Source of the DNA: Cenococcum geophilum
Taxonomy: Eukaryota
Length of the DNA stretch: 64,000 nucleotides
Assembly (NCBI GenBank): GCA_050273025.1
Contig: CP158636.1
Span: forward strand, 10,788,001 to 10,852,000
Direction of reading: 5' to 3'
Positions 22,477-34,725 of this stretch are shown here, in pieces; position 1 is the stretch's first letter, and each line of letters opens with the position of its first letter. Position numbers and translations under genes: made by a program. The notes under the pieces are model-generated. The model had not been told where the DNA came from and did no database searches. It worked only from the letters and a program-made list of their open reading frames with translations.

Positions 22477-25400
22477 TACTCTAGGTAATATTTTAACATG
22501 GGTAGTTTGGTGTGCCTCTCGACCTTCCTTTCTCGTCGGCGGACTTTCACATTTACGTCCAAAGAATCTTACCCAAGGAAAGACGTGCTGCGATGTCTTG
22601 GTTTAAACGGTAGACGGGCCGCAAAGCAGGATACGTTTTACCAGATCTGAGATAGGTACGAGATGGTCGAAATTGGAGGATGAGAGCCCGGGTAGGGTAC
22701 GGGGTAGCTTGACCTTTGATCAAGCCGTGACGGAGAGGTCCGGATAATTGAAACAGAGGGATCCGTGTGGTCGGTAGAAAAGAAGGCAGCAAGATGCATC
22801 GCGATGGGGGAGCTGGCGGCGAGGAAGAGAGAATTTGTCACGGCAAAGAAAACAATGATACTACCCCAGGCGTGATTTGTAAAGGTGCCACGCGTGAAGA
22901 GTCAGTTCACGTGCGGCGATGCAGGTCCTGGGTCCTCTTCCAGCCTATTCGGGTGAAAGTGGCTTGGCAGGCGCCTGGTTTCGGTCTCGGCCCGTTTCAA
23001 GACGGGTAGCTCTCTTTGGTCGGTGATTTGCCGTCACTTCGCCGAGTATAAGCCTCAAATGTTGTCGCTCTCGCTTTCTGGAGCAAAAGGTATCATCGCG
23101 ATATATTCGGAATTCAACCCAACGACTCACTACTCTCATGCAGCCAAGGCGTATTTCTGTATATCCGCATGAGAAATTGCGGAAGGTGAAGCCTGGAAGA
23201 ATTTCGTGGCCAAACAAACCATGCGAAGAAACTATAAGCATGAGTAAAGTCAACCCCCCAGAGAAGCATTCTCTAACGTATGAAGCGAATCCGAATGCGG
23301 CAACTGTGCCAACTAGCCCCAAGTAACGGCGATCTGGCAGGTGCATGGATGCGGGATCCCGACGGAATGGCGCCTCAAGGGCCGCCTCTCCAGACCCGGT
23401 TTGATCCTTCGAGGCGCAAAGACGCTTGGACCTCATGGTACGATTCCAGCTCTTTTTGCAAAATTTAGCCGCCCGGCTTGTCGATCGGTGATACTCCTCC
23501 CTGTTCAGCAGCACGACAATGCATTCGCTTTCGTTCCTATTTGCCATGATTTTGGGCAGGGTTAATATGCTGATCGGGCTCGGTGAATGCAGGCACGGCA
23601 TCTGACCGTTCGTTCGGCCTACTCAGATACTTGGCTGCTCAGATACTTGGCTGCACCTGTATTGGGGCCCAGTCACTGTCAGCTTGCCCTGGAAGCGAAA
23701 TGCCTGGAGTCACTCAATACGTGCTATTAAGTTGGCGAGAAACTTGATGACAACGGCCCAATCGTGGCGAAAACCCCGGCTCTGTTTGATTTCGCATCCG
23801 AAGCTACTTCTGGGGTATATCTTTCATAAATGATAAGACAATCCTGATGAAAGTATGAAATGACGACATGAGGAGCTGAAGGGTGTGAAATGGTTGCGTT
23901 TGATGCCATGCTATGAAATGTCTGCTGAAGACTGCATTGATACGGAGCAGGCGAATGTTTCAAACTAAACCTCTTGCTATTTTAAAACTCGATGTGCCAG
24001 CTGATGCTGTTCCAAAAATGATATGCCGAAGCCCAACTTTCTACGTACACATTTGTGCCGTCCTGCAACAGCACATAAACCAAAAAAAAAAGCGCTTTGT
24101 TTTATTTCCAGCCACATAGTGTAGCAAAAGTACAATAGCTTAAATCGTCGATGCGAAGGTTTAACGTAAGAGGCCCTTCACGGCTATTCATCAAAGCTAA
24201 GTATCGCCTGGGAAGGATTCCGGAATAAACCACGAATAACATCCGACTATTGTCCCGCCGCATCCATGGAGTTTCAGAGAGTAGCCCGTCAAGTACACAT
24301 ACGATCAATCAAGGGTCTTTGTCTCCATGAGGGATGCAGGGGGTGTTGGATATGATTTGCATTGGCAACAAGTGCGGGACGTCTGACGGGAATCCCCGCT
24401 GGCATCAATCGCAACAGCTTGCTGCAGCTCTCGGGGAGATCAGGATGCAGGTGGGCGCTAGGACCGCGATTGGGATGGTCATCAGACATCGATGCCACCC
24501 AAGAGGACCGGCGCAGAGTCGAAGGCCGTAGAGAAACGGCATGGTGGGCACGTCCTTCCGGTTTGGGTGGAGACAGAAAGCACAGGGCAGTGGGCAATAG
24601 ATTTGATTAAGCATTTGAGAGCGGTTTTAGCCATTGGGATCAAAGCAATGAAAACGGGGGAATCGCAGGTGGCTGACCGTGCGTGAGATGTCGAAGGTGA
24701 AGGTGGAGCGGTCGGGGCAAAAATACGAGAAAAAGGTATGTGCCCCGAAAGGGGCGAGATTAACAATATTTGAGTCTATTATTGGGCGAATTAGCTGTCA
24801 ATGGATGCCTCTGCCACTCCCGGTTGGGGGTCTATTAGGCGCCCTCGCTAGCTGGCAGGGCCTGCGTTTCATGTCTGACAAGCCATGTTGGGGCCATTTT
24901 GCTGCAATTACGCGCCCTGCTCGACCAATCGCCGGCACGTGCTAATTACGATTTGAATTCTCCGGCCTGCAGGACAATACACTTCACCACTCATGCCTTG
25001 ATCCGAGCGCCATCTGCAAGACTTCGACGAGGCGCAAATATCCCCAGCCCTTCTCGAAGGATGCAAATCCTGGTCACTCCAGGGCAGCAGTCGGGGCACC
25101 GCCGTAGAAAAGCACAGACAACCGTTCGTCACAATCACGCAGCGCTGCAGCAAGGCAGAGTGCATTTCGATCAGATGAAAGATGATGGACGCGGTTTTAA
25201 CCCTGCGGCAGCGCCGTCAGCGACCCTTTCCGCCCGCGTCCGGGAGGGGAACGCTGGGGGTGCTCGCCTGTACTGTGGTGCGAACTGTTGAGCGATGCAG
25301 CACGCTCGAGATTGTTGATTCTCTTTGCTCCGAGGGCATGAGATCTTCAAAATGCCATCTACCTCTTTCTAAACATCGTCGACCCTCTCGGCACCCAAGA

Positions 25401-25904
25401 GCATGTTCCTGGCGATGGGCAGGCCGCGCCATTGGGCCGGGCATGCCCGCAGAAGGAAACGGACAGTGACGAGGCTCAAGCCTTCCCGGGCCCTTGGTGT
25501 GCGGATGGAGAAGGCTGGCGCTAACTTGCATAGCCAACGAGCTAGTAGCCTCGAGGCCTGCTAAATCCGTTAACCAGGGTAGCGATAGAGTTGTCGCACT
25601 AACGCTCTAGGGCTGCGTGAGCATTGCCATACTACGATAAATAATCTTAGACCTCCGCCATGCTTTCCAACATCCAAGCGTCCAAACCTGCATCCTCCTG
25701 CTTTGTAGAGCTGTGCCGTACTAAACGCTCTACTGCGGAGGTGTCCAGCCTCGTTATGCCCGGCTGGTCTGAAATACACTCTGGGTGCAAGCACTCATGC
25801 CTGCGGCACTGAAAAGTGCTGTGCCCCCACCAACGAAACTATCGTGGCCAACACCTTTCCACCAACACCACTCTTCTACCGCTCTCCCACCGTCCCCTAT
25901 TGAA

Positions 25905-27204
25905 ATGTCCTCAGAGTCTTTGCCTTCCTACATGCCTGGCATTACTGAGGCCTCTCTTCCTCCTCAAGACATAAGCAGTGGCTTGCCAAGCTCCAGTTGG
26001 TATAGTACTAGCATTCCTGCCCCAGAATGCCAAACCGAGGTCAGCATTACTTACATGCCTGCACTACCACCGCTGATAGCACTTCAAGCAGGCTAGCTAT
26101 GGTCAGTTTGGATACGACCCGCCCTACGTGACGCCACACACTTCATCTCTGGCTTCATTCTCCCCTCCAACGGAATTCTCAAAGCATGTTGATGCTCCGC
26201 TTTCTGAATATCAAAAGGCTTCCTCGTTGACTGGATTTTCTCCCGCTCCGGAATTCTCAAAGGTCACCCAACCTCCCACCCAGGAATACACCAGGGTATC
26301 TGAGAGCTCTTTCGCCAACATTCCAAGGACGGCTGATCCCTCTTACCTTTATGGCTTCGTTCATATGGACTCTCAATTGCCAGCAAGACCTCGTAGTAGT
26401 CCTAGCACTTTCAGTCCTACTAACCCTCCGGGTGGACCGATAGATTACTCTTGGACTCTGAACCCATTAGGGATATCAACTTCTAATGCACATGAGTCGT
26501 TCTATTGCGGCACAAGCTGCCCGCCCGTGCGAGCCCGCACCCCAAGATGCAGCGAACCTTCTATGACTCCAGTCACTGAGATTGCAGCTCCTCAGCCACG
26601 GCGTACGTACGCTCCGATACTGCCGCATCCAGTTGGTGTGCAAAAGATGGGCCAGTTGAAACGCCCTCGTGAGGAGGAAGACTCTCCGGACGCTACCAAG
26701 AGAAGGAAAAGATCGGAGTCTTCTACAATCCCTGTGGATCTTGGAGAAGAAGACCGTCTTTTGATCCAGCTGAAAGACGAGGAAAATATGCCCTGGAAAG
26801 ACATCGCCATCAAGTTTCAAACGGACCTCGGAAAAGTTTACCAGATCCCAGCACTGCAAATGCGATTAAAGAGATTACGGGAGCGGATGCGAGTCTGGAG
26901 CGATGCTGATGTGAGGGCCTTACGTTCGGCAAACGAGTACTGGGCTCAAAGCAAGTTTGAGATAATCAGCCAGAAGGCAAGTTTTTCCTCGAGGCTTCCA
27001 CACTTCAAAAGCTTAAATATCCAGATGCTTGAATACGGTGCGGCCGAGCGGTGGTCAGCCCGTCAATGCGCCCGAAAATTGGCGGAGATTGACCCAGGCC
27101 CAACACCCTATACTACCTACGATCACTCCACACCTTCGTACACGACTTACGCAATGAGTCCAGTTGAAGGCCCGCCTTTCCTGCCCTTCCTGCACATACC
27201 TTAA
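25905..27204 (+). CDS. Myb/SANT-like domain protein (putative transcriptional regulator)
   Basis: Ser/Pro-rich N-terminus, NLS-like KRRKR, EEDRLLIQLKDEENMPWKDIA..F...LQMRLKRLRER..VWSD.DV..L. Intron 26040-26106 keeps the frame, and there is a probable GC-AG intron at 26977-27024. An alternative upstream ATG lies at 25797. Confidence 0.78.
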
Positions 27205-30200
27205 TGAGCTTCATTCCCGACACTTACTGAGTGTGATAAATGGGGTTAAATGGGGAAATTGATCGATCCCTTCTCACGATTTGCAACCATAGCTATGATG
27301 GCTATCTAGGTCAGACTGCATTCCCTCGCTCGGCTGTCCTTTCTTTCCTGAAGCGTTTTGTGCGCTGTTTTCGTGCGCTGTTTCATGCCTTCAGGTCTTA
27401 CGTTATTCGCTTCTTTCTTGTACGTATTTACACCCCTCACCAGGGTTAACAGGTGCTAGTCGCCACAGATGTTGGTTGCGCGACTGGAAATCATGCATTG
27501 GCATGATTGGGGAACGCGGCCATCAAACCTCTCAACCGTGTATTAAGAGATAACGCGGAACTCACAACTTCTTTCAACTCATTCATCATGAACATTCATC
27601 TCATACTCCCAGAGAATCTGGCTTCCAAATTGTTTTGGAATACCTCCTTCTGTTTCCACTGCTGTGCCAAAAATTCCCGACACACAGATACTAACTTCAG
27701 ATCAGCATGCACCACACGCTCGAAGCTACGTATGCATGAGCCGCGTAGGCTAATCACACGTCTGGGGCTAAAATTGCTTTGCCGCAATCAATTTGCTCCT
27801 CTGAAAAATCTGTTGATCACGAGCACCGGCCTTGAATAAATCTTGATCAATTGGGTATAACGATGTCTACCTTTTCTTCATCCTTTCCGGCACTGTCTAT
27901 CTTGCGGTCCATGCTTACAAAATAAGTAACAAGGTAGTGCCCTGGACAGTTTCCGGAATAATCTCTTACAATGATCCGAATCTCTAGCTCCCAAACACGC
28001 ATACTCTTTAGCCAGTCCCAAGAAATTCCCCGGGGCCTCTGGCCGGCCTTGGTGGCTAGCAAGACAACGAAGCCAAAGTTCCTTCGTCTTACGAATGGTC
28101 GATCCAAAAAGAATATCAAGATTCTAATTACTTAGTCTAAAATTTGCACCCCAATCCGTCTTGAAGAAAGCTCACATACTCTTCAGAATTTCCAGGGCGC
28201 TCGAAATTCGGCGGCAAAGTGAGAACATAACCAATCATATTAGCAAGGCCACATACCTAATGCGACCTCAAATCCTCCACGCATATCTTCTCATGCATTG
28301 CCGGGCGGACTTGAAGGTAGAAGCGGAACATGCGGTAATATGAATGGTGGAACTCCCTCGCGCCTGCATTGCTTACACGCCCCCAAACTGTGCCGCTGAT
28401 ACGCCCGTGTAGCCCAACGGCTGCCTGGAGTGCCTGACCGTAACGATAGAAGCGGACTAGGATATGCGGCACAGTATGCTGGCTCTGATGTGGCAGAAAT
28501 TTTTCCCCGTTTGCGCGTTTATTTTTTGTTTAAGCTTGACTGACGCGGCTCGCCGCCTGCTGCCTGCTCACATCTAGGCTCAACGCCAGCTGTCCGGAGT
28601 CTCACTATGAAGGGACTGTTTCACTTTTCATACTCTTCGTAATACCTTCCTGCTCTACTTGCATACGCATCCTGCTGCTCAACATCAAATTGTTTCCGTG
28701 GATCGCAAAGTTGCAACACATCTCCAACTGCAATGACTACCAGCTGATTTGTGCAACTGACGGATATCAGAGAGACCTCGCTGACCCTTGAAATTCGTAC
28801 CAACTGTCCCCTTTCATCAATCTTTCGGTCAGGCCATGGAAGTTTTCCATCGATATAATAATGGCAGATTACTTCAGTCCCATAGCCAACAAACGCTCAC
28901 TCCCTTACAGCTGCTATCGCTCCGGGCTTCCTCCATTGTCGAGTTTTGCAGCTGCAAGTAATCCGCCACGAGGGCACTATAAATCCTTACTCCATCACCT
29001 TCAGATCTCTCCTCATAGAGGCTCTGTTTGCAATACTTTGACACTTCATACACCCTCTGGCCATTGATGCTAGATGGAGCGATGAATCTCGAGGACACCA
29101 GCAGGGATACTATGTTTGTTATGCTGTAGCCCAGGATATGCCGTTTATACCCTGAGTCAACTATAAGCAATAGGTAGGATCGTAGGGAGCAGAGTCTTGT
29201 CTAAGCTCCAACCAGATACCTACAGATAAAAGTAAGAAACAGACAAGGAGTCTCTAGCTGCAGCACAATTTTTCTTACCTCATTGCTCTCGCTCCAGCCA
29301 TTTTGCTTTGTAAATTTCCGACCCAAGTGTGGTCTTCTTATTTTGACCACAGTCCTTTTATTCATATCACATTTACCATCAAAACCTCCCAATTACTAAA
29401 TAGAAGGAACCTTTGGTTGACACAACCTTCCATTCTTTCCATTGTTTCCCTTCTATCACTGTGGAATGCCGAGCGGCGCACTACAGATAGAACCTAGACT
29501 GAGTCACTGTAGACTTGCTAACAAGCAAGCTGTCAAGCCCGCATTGACTATTAAGAGCTCCTTGCACAGCATCACGGGCCAACAAAAGTGCCTTGCACGA
29601 GTGCTCCTACCATATTTCGGTCTGTGCGGGTTTGATAGCTTGCTTGTTAGCAAGTCTGATCTAGACTTCAGCGCTCAATAAGTGTACCGTCGTACTCCGA
29701 CTATTTCAATATAAATATTTGTTTTAACTGGTTAGAGCTTTAAATGTGTGCAAATGTGTCCATATACTGTCAATTTAAACTTGGGCATTTATAATCTAAA
29801 AAATTTGTATGTTTACTTAGAAATAAGCAAGAAGCGAGTTCGCTGATACGACTTAGTACTGTGGGGTCAGCACCGCCACATGCCACGTCTGAATCTGAAA
29901 ACGATCTACGCGCGTGCTTCGGGTTGTCCCAAAATCTTGCCAAACTCTCGAGAACAACGACCAAGTCTGCGACGTAGACATAGCTGTATGTCATGCTATG
30001 AGTTGGGCCGCATCGCAAAGTTGAACGGTGATCGTCGCTGGTCCCGAGGTTGGGAGTTCACGCTTCAGTTGACTCAGCAACCGCGCCACGCTAATCCAAC
30101 GTGAGCTCTTCATCGTAGCAGGGCATTTGGCGGTGCTTAACCGCCACAACGCCAAGCCCGGGAGAGTTGTTGGTTCCAACGCACCAGCCCACAGTAGAAC

Positions 30201-30231
30201 CGCTTCTTGCCGGCTTTCTATCTTCACTCTA

Positions 30232-30352
30232 TAGCGCCTCAAAAACAAGGGTGTGGCAGGAGTGGGCCGGCCGCCCTCCCTGCTTGTGGTGGCAACATTC
30301 AGTGCTAAATCGCTTTGATTACCGTTAGATATTGCTCGCAAGCATGCTTACG
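30232..30352. repeat. Left arm of a long imperfect inverted repeat flanking the NLR gene
   Basis: TAGCGCCTC..CAAGGGTGTGGCAGGAGTGGGCCGGCCGCCCTCCCTGC..CAGTGCTAAATCGCTTTGAT..GTTAGATATTGCTCGCAAGCATGCTTACG aligns with the reverse complement of about 33800-33904. Confidence 0.8.
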
Positions 30353-30509
30353 TAGCGCGACCTATTCCGCATTTTACTAGATTTGGCCTGCTGCTATAAG
30401 CAAGAAAAACAGATTCACTGGGGTCTTTGCTAGGTCTATTAACTAAATAATCTCTTTCAGGCTACGCCTAGGATATTTATGAGCATGCAACACATAAAAT
30501 AAAATCTCT

Positions 30510-33500
30510 TTAAACTCTAATCTCCATTTTCTCTAGCTGCCACCTATTCAGAGTTGTAAGCAATGATGTTGTGGATAAATGGTAAGCCCCAAGGACCTTT
30601 TTCCGCAGCTGGAAGCATTTTTCCATTAGTAAAATAGCCTCGTCATTGCGGCCTTGGGCCTTGAACGTAAATGCGAGATTTTTTACACTGGTCAGGGTGG
30701 AAGGATGCTCCTCCCCAAGCACCCTTAAGCTCGCCTCTATCACTTGCACAAACAGCTCTTCGGCCTCCTTCCACTGCCCTTGATTCCAAAAAATCGACGC
30801 CAGGTTAGGCATGCTGGTTAGTGTGGAAGGATGCTCCTTCCCAAGCACCCTTGAGCTCATCTCCATCACTTGCACCTCCAGCTCTTCAGCCTTCTTCCAC
30901 CGCCCTTGTTTCCTGTACGTCGACGCCAGGTTGGCCATGCCGGTCAGCGTGGAAGGATGCTCCTCCCCAAGCACCCTTGAGCATATCTTTAGTTCTTTGG
31001 CTTGAAGCTCTTCGGCCTCCTTCCACCGCCCTTGTTTCCTGTACGTCGACGCCAGGTTGGCCATGCTGGTCAGCGTGGAAGGATGCTCCTCCCCAAGTAC
31101 CCTCGAGCTCGTCTCCATCACTTGCACCTCCAGCTCTTCGGCCTCCTTCCACCGCCCTTGATTCCAAAATGTCGACGCCAGGTTGCCCATGCCGGCCAGA
31201 GTGTCTGGATGCTCCCCCCCAAGTACCCTTGCGCTCGTCTCTATTACTTGCATAAATAGCTCCTCAGCCTCCTTCCACCGCCCTTTAAGATTGTATGCTA
31301 ATCCTACCATCGCCATACTACTTAACGTCTTTTCCTGGTCTTTACCAAGCAGCTTCTCTCTTACTTTCATCGACTTTACCGACATCTTCTCCGCGTCAGC
31401 AGTACTTCCTTGTTGCGACGCATACCATGCCGCATTATACAGTAGTAGAGCCCACTCCTTGAATGATTCCTCCCTCTTAGGCTGCTGCGCTAATGCCGAC
31501 TTTACATGCGGGAAAAGCGCCCGGCATTTTGTCCAATCCTCATACTTCCCGGTTGGAAACTCCCTGCAAAGATTCGTAATATACTTCCTCTTCCATCCTT
31601 CGAGCTGCCCCTGACCTTCCAGCCACTTCCGGGTGGCTAGCTGCACTAGCCCATGCATCTCGAACATGGTTGCATCGGTGGTAAGGGAGATGAATGAGTA
31701 GTTTCTTAGCGTGAGAATATCATCTTCAAACCCGTCGTCGACGCTGGCGTCTAATGCGCTATCTTCACTATCACTCTCTTTATTATTTTCACAATCTGCC
31801 CCCAAATTTTCGCACCTATTTCCCGTCCCGCCCTGATCCCGAAGCAGCACTTCAGGAATTCCTTGCCGGTCAAAAAAGCTCATGAGTGACAGCAGGTCAG
31901 CTGCGGATCGCCTCGTCTGAAATATATAATCAAACGATATTTGCCAGGTGATAATAATAGAGTTTTTGGCCTCCCAGTCTCTACGAAGATGCCCTCCGTT
32001 ATAGTTTAAGAGACTCGTCTTTACCTTGTCGCCCTCCCGCAACTTCTCAATATACTGCCGTACGGAACATCTTGGTGCTCGTTCCTTAATGTACGCAGCC
32101 GCCTGGACGATAGCAAGTGGCATAAACTCAAGTGCTGCCGCTAGTTCAGTAATATCTGACTGGTCACTCTGTATTCCCAGCTTTTTTTTACAAAGCGCCA
32201 GCGCTTGCTCTTTATCCATTGGTTCTACAGTAATTATATTGCTCTCTTCCACCAGTTTCAACGCCATGTCTCTACTTCGCGTCGTAATAAGAACCGACCC
32301 GGTCGCGCTTGGAGGCAAATACTGAAAGAATGGTTGTGCAGAACCGCTACTTAGGCCGCCTTCCTGCGCCTCCTGGCTCGTAGTTTGAGGCGTAAGAAGG
32401 AAGTCGGCATCGTCGACGTTGTCAAGAATAAGCACCCACTTTCCCTTCTTATTACGTAGCCAGTCGTGAACGAGCTTGAAGATATTCGCCTTCGGATTCC
32501 TTCGGTCGGGAATCTTGACTTGGTCTGCAACTTCCCGAAAACTTTGCTCAAAACGGGCGGCGTTGCTCCCGTGCACCCAGAAAATCCACGTATTTTGCGA
32601 CTTATCTCTGGCTCGGTAGGTGTATTCAATGGCAAGCTGCGACTTCCTGTGCGCTGGTCAGCAATCAAAACTAAGCTCCAGGCCGTTTAAATTGTACCCT
32701 ATTCCGCCGAGGCCAACAAGCGCCGCCCTAGATGCTGGCATGGATAGTTTTTCGTGGATTTGATCGAGCAGCGACTGTCGATCGACGTAGTCGGGGTCGC
32801 GGAGGAAAGGGATGTTGGAGGAATGGCTCGGAGGTAAGTCTTCAAATTCATCCTGTAGAGACTCTTTGATCTCCTTCTGAAGCCGGTTCAATGCCTTTTT
32901 CCGTCCCTCACCGTATATAAGCGGCATATGGATGTCGAAAATGCCTAGTAGAGAGTATGCCGCGTCTTCTTCACGTTTTGTCTCGCGTCTTGCTGCCCAT
33001 GACATTCGCTCATCAACGCTGAAACAAGACAAGGGGCTTCCTTGAAGAGCTTGAATGGTGATTCCTGTTATCTTATGAATTTCCTGCACGAGTGAATTTT
33101 TATCACCAAGTCGCTCGCCCTCCGCCGAATAAAATTTAACGGATTTTGGAGCAATAAGCTCTTGAAGCGTCCAGCCCCGAGTAAACCATCTGCTATGCTG
33201 AAAGGCTGGTTTCCATGTCCACTGAGAGGACAGCTCATTCTCGATAGAGCCACAGATCGAAACATCGGATAGATGCACGTAGCATATAGTCGCATTATGG
33301 TACCAGCGAAACATAGAGTTGATAGCCTCTGAAAGCTCCGTGCTGCTTGATTTGTCGATACAGCAGGTGTCCACCCAGGAGTATTGTAGACCGTCATTGG
33401 CAGCTTGCTTTCCACAGAACCGGATTTTTTCGTACCCAGCTTTGTCCTTCCCTGTACCCTCCACTAGGTCCTTAAAAGTGACCTCTTCGTCATCCGCTCC

Positions 33501-33593
33501 CCAGGTGTGCGAAAGAATAGCATAGCGCGGAATGTTATCGCCAACAAACTCAACTAGGCTGAACTCGCCGTCTTTAAGTTTCAAAAGACGCAT
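30510..33593 (-). CDS. Fungal NLR: N-terminal HET domain, NB-ARC-type NTPase, TPR (kinesin light chain-like) repeats; 2 exons
   Basis: HET motifs YAILSHTWG, WVDTCCIDK, INSMFRWY and WFTRGWTLQELIAP. The P-loop GLGGIG|KSQ is split by intron 32647-32697. Walker B WVLILDNVDD, VLITTRS, MPLAIVQAAAYI and MHGLVQ follow, then 42-aa EHPSTLTSMANLASTY..QGRWKEAEEL repeats. Confidence 0.93.
30600..31340 (-). repeat. 126-bp tandem repeats (~6 units) encoding TPR motifs
   Basis: GGATGCTCC recurs on the + strand every 126 bp (about 30703, 30829, 30955, 31081, 31207). Confidence 0.9.
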
Positions 33594-33799
33594 TATGATG
33601 ATAAGATTGTCGGAGAGCCCCAGGTAAGGAAATCGTCAAGATAGATATGTGCATGTGGTGTGTTCAAAGAACTACAAGGTTTATGGAAAGTACGTGGGGC
33701 AGCGGGCAATGCAAGGCGGCTGAGCTTCAATGATTCACTGTCACGTGGCTTGTGGACCGCCTTCCGGGTAAATGTTGCGGTCCATGCTTCAACCATGAC

Positions 33800-33904
33800 T
33801 CGTTAATCATGCTTATGGGTGATATATAACATCATTAAAACGATGAAGCACTGCTTGCAGGGAGGGTGGCCAACCCGCTCCGGCCATACCCTTGCGAGCC
33901 GCTA
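33800..33904. repeat. Right arm of the long imperfect inverted repeat flanking the NLR gene
   Basis: The core GCAGGGAGGGTGGCCAACCCGCTCCGGCCATACCCTTG (33857-33894) matches the reverse complement of 30246-30283 at 32 of 38 positions. The arm ends GAGCCGCTA. Confidence 0.8.
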
Positions 33905-34725
33905 CTTTCACGAACAATGATAGTGGGTAAAAAAATGATCATGGTTGAGATTACGAAAACGCACTATTAATGCTATAGAACACGTGTTTTAGATCTGACG
34001 CTTTACCAGATGTGTAAGGTGGGGCATTCCGTCGCAGGGTTGAAAGTTTGCATTTGTTGCGCTCCCCAAGATGGAATCCCGAATCGGAGCCAAGACCTAG
34101 CCCGGCGGCTGCAAGCCATCGGCTGTGGCTGATGGCTGAACTGCCAAGCGCATCGATGCGTGTAGTGTATGCACATGCACAAATGCTCCTGTTCGTGTTC
34201 AGCACCGTATGCTGTACCTGGTAGAAGGGCGGGACAGATAATGCAGGTGCGTTAGCGAAAGGATCACGTTTTTGGCTCAGGGTTTCACAGGTAGATACGG
34301 GAGTGAGATAATTAGCGCCTGTCCCCACCCTCCGTCTCCGCCAGATCCCTCGGTTCTCGTCTACATTTGCCATGGTATTTTGATAGCTACATAGCAATCT
34401 CCTTGTATGCCCCTGACATGGGACTGCTCAGGCCTACGCCGCTTAGCTTCTAGCTGCTTCTTTTCACCAAGTTGGGTTTCCTGCGATCCGTCTTGTCCCC
34501 TGCGCTTTCGTGTATGCAGCTCTTCTTGTTTATCGCCCGGCGCTATTTGGCTACAAGCTCCCAAATCAGCAATGATTCTCGTCTAAGGTTCCGCCGGTGC
34601 TGCTGATGCTGGCCTTGAGCTGCCCTTATCTGGAGCTGGTACATAGACCCGGTAAGACCCAGCTACGTGTGTAGATTCTACAGTCGTAGCTCTCTACACG
34701 ACTAATAACATTTGAGGCGCTCATC

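Noticed and set aside
21000..25780. Many 60-218 aa ORFs on both strands
   Set aside because: No recognisable motifs, consistent splice pattern or coherent frame; treated as intergenic or regulatory DNA.
27300..30200. Possible decayed gene(s) between the Myb-like gene and the NLR
   Set aside because: Short ORFs without motifs I can assign.
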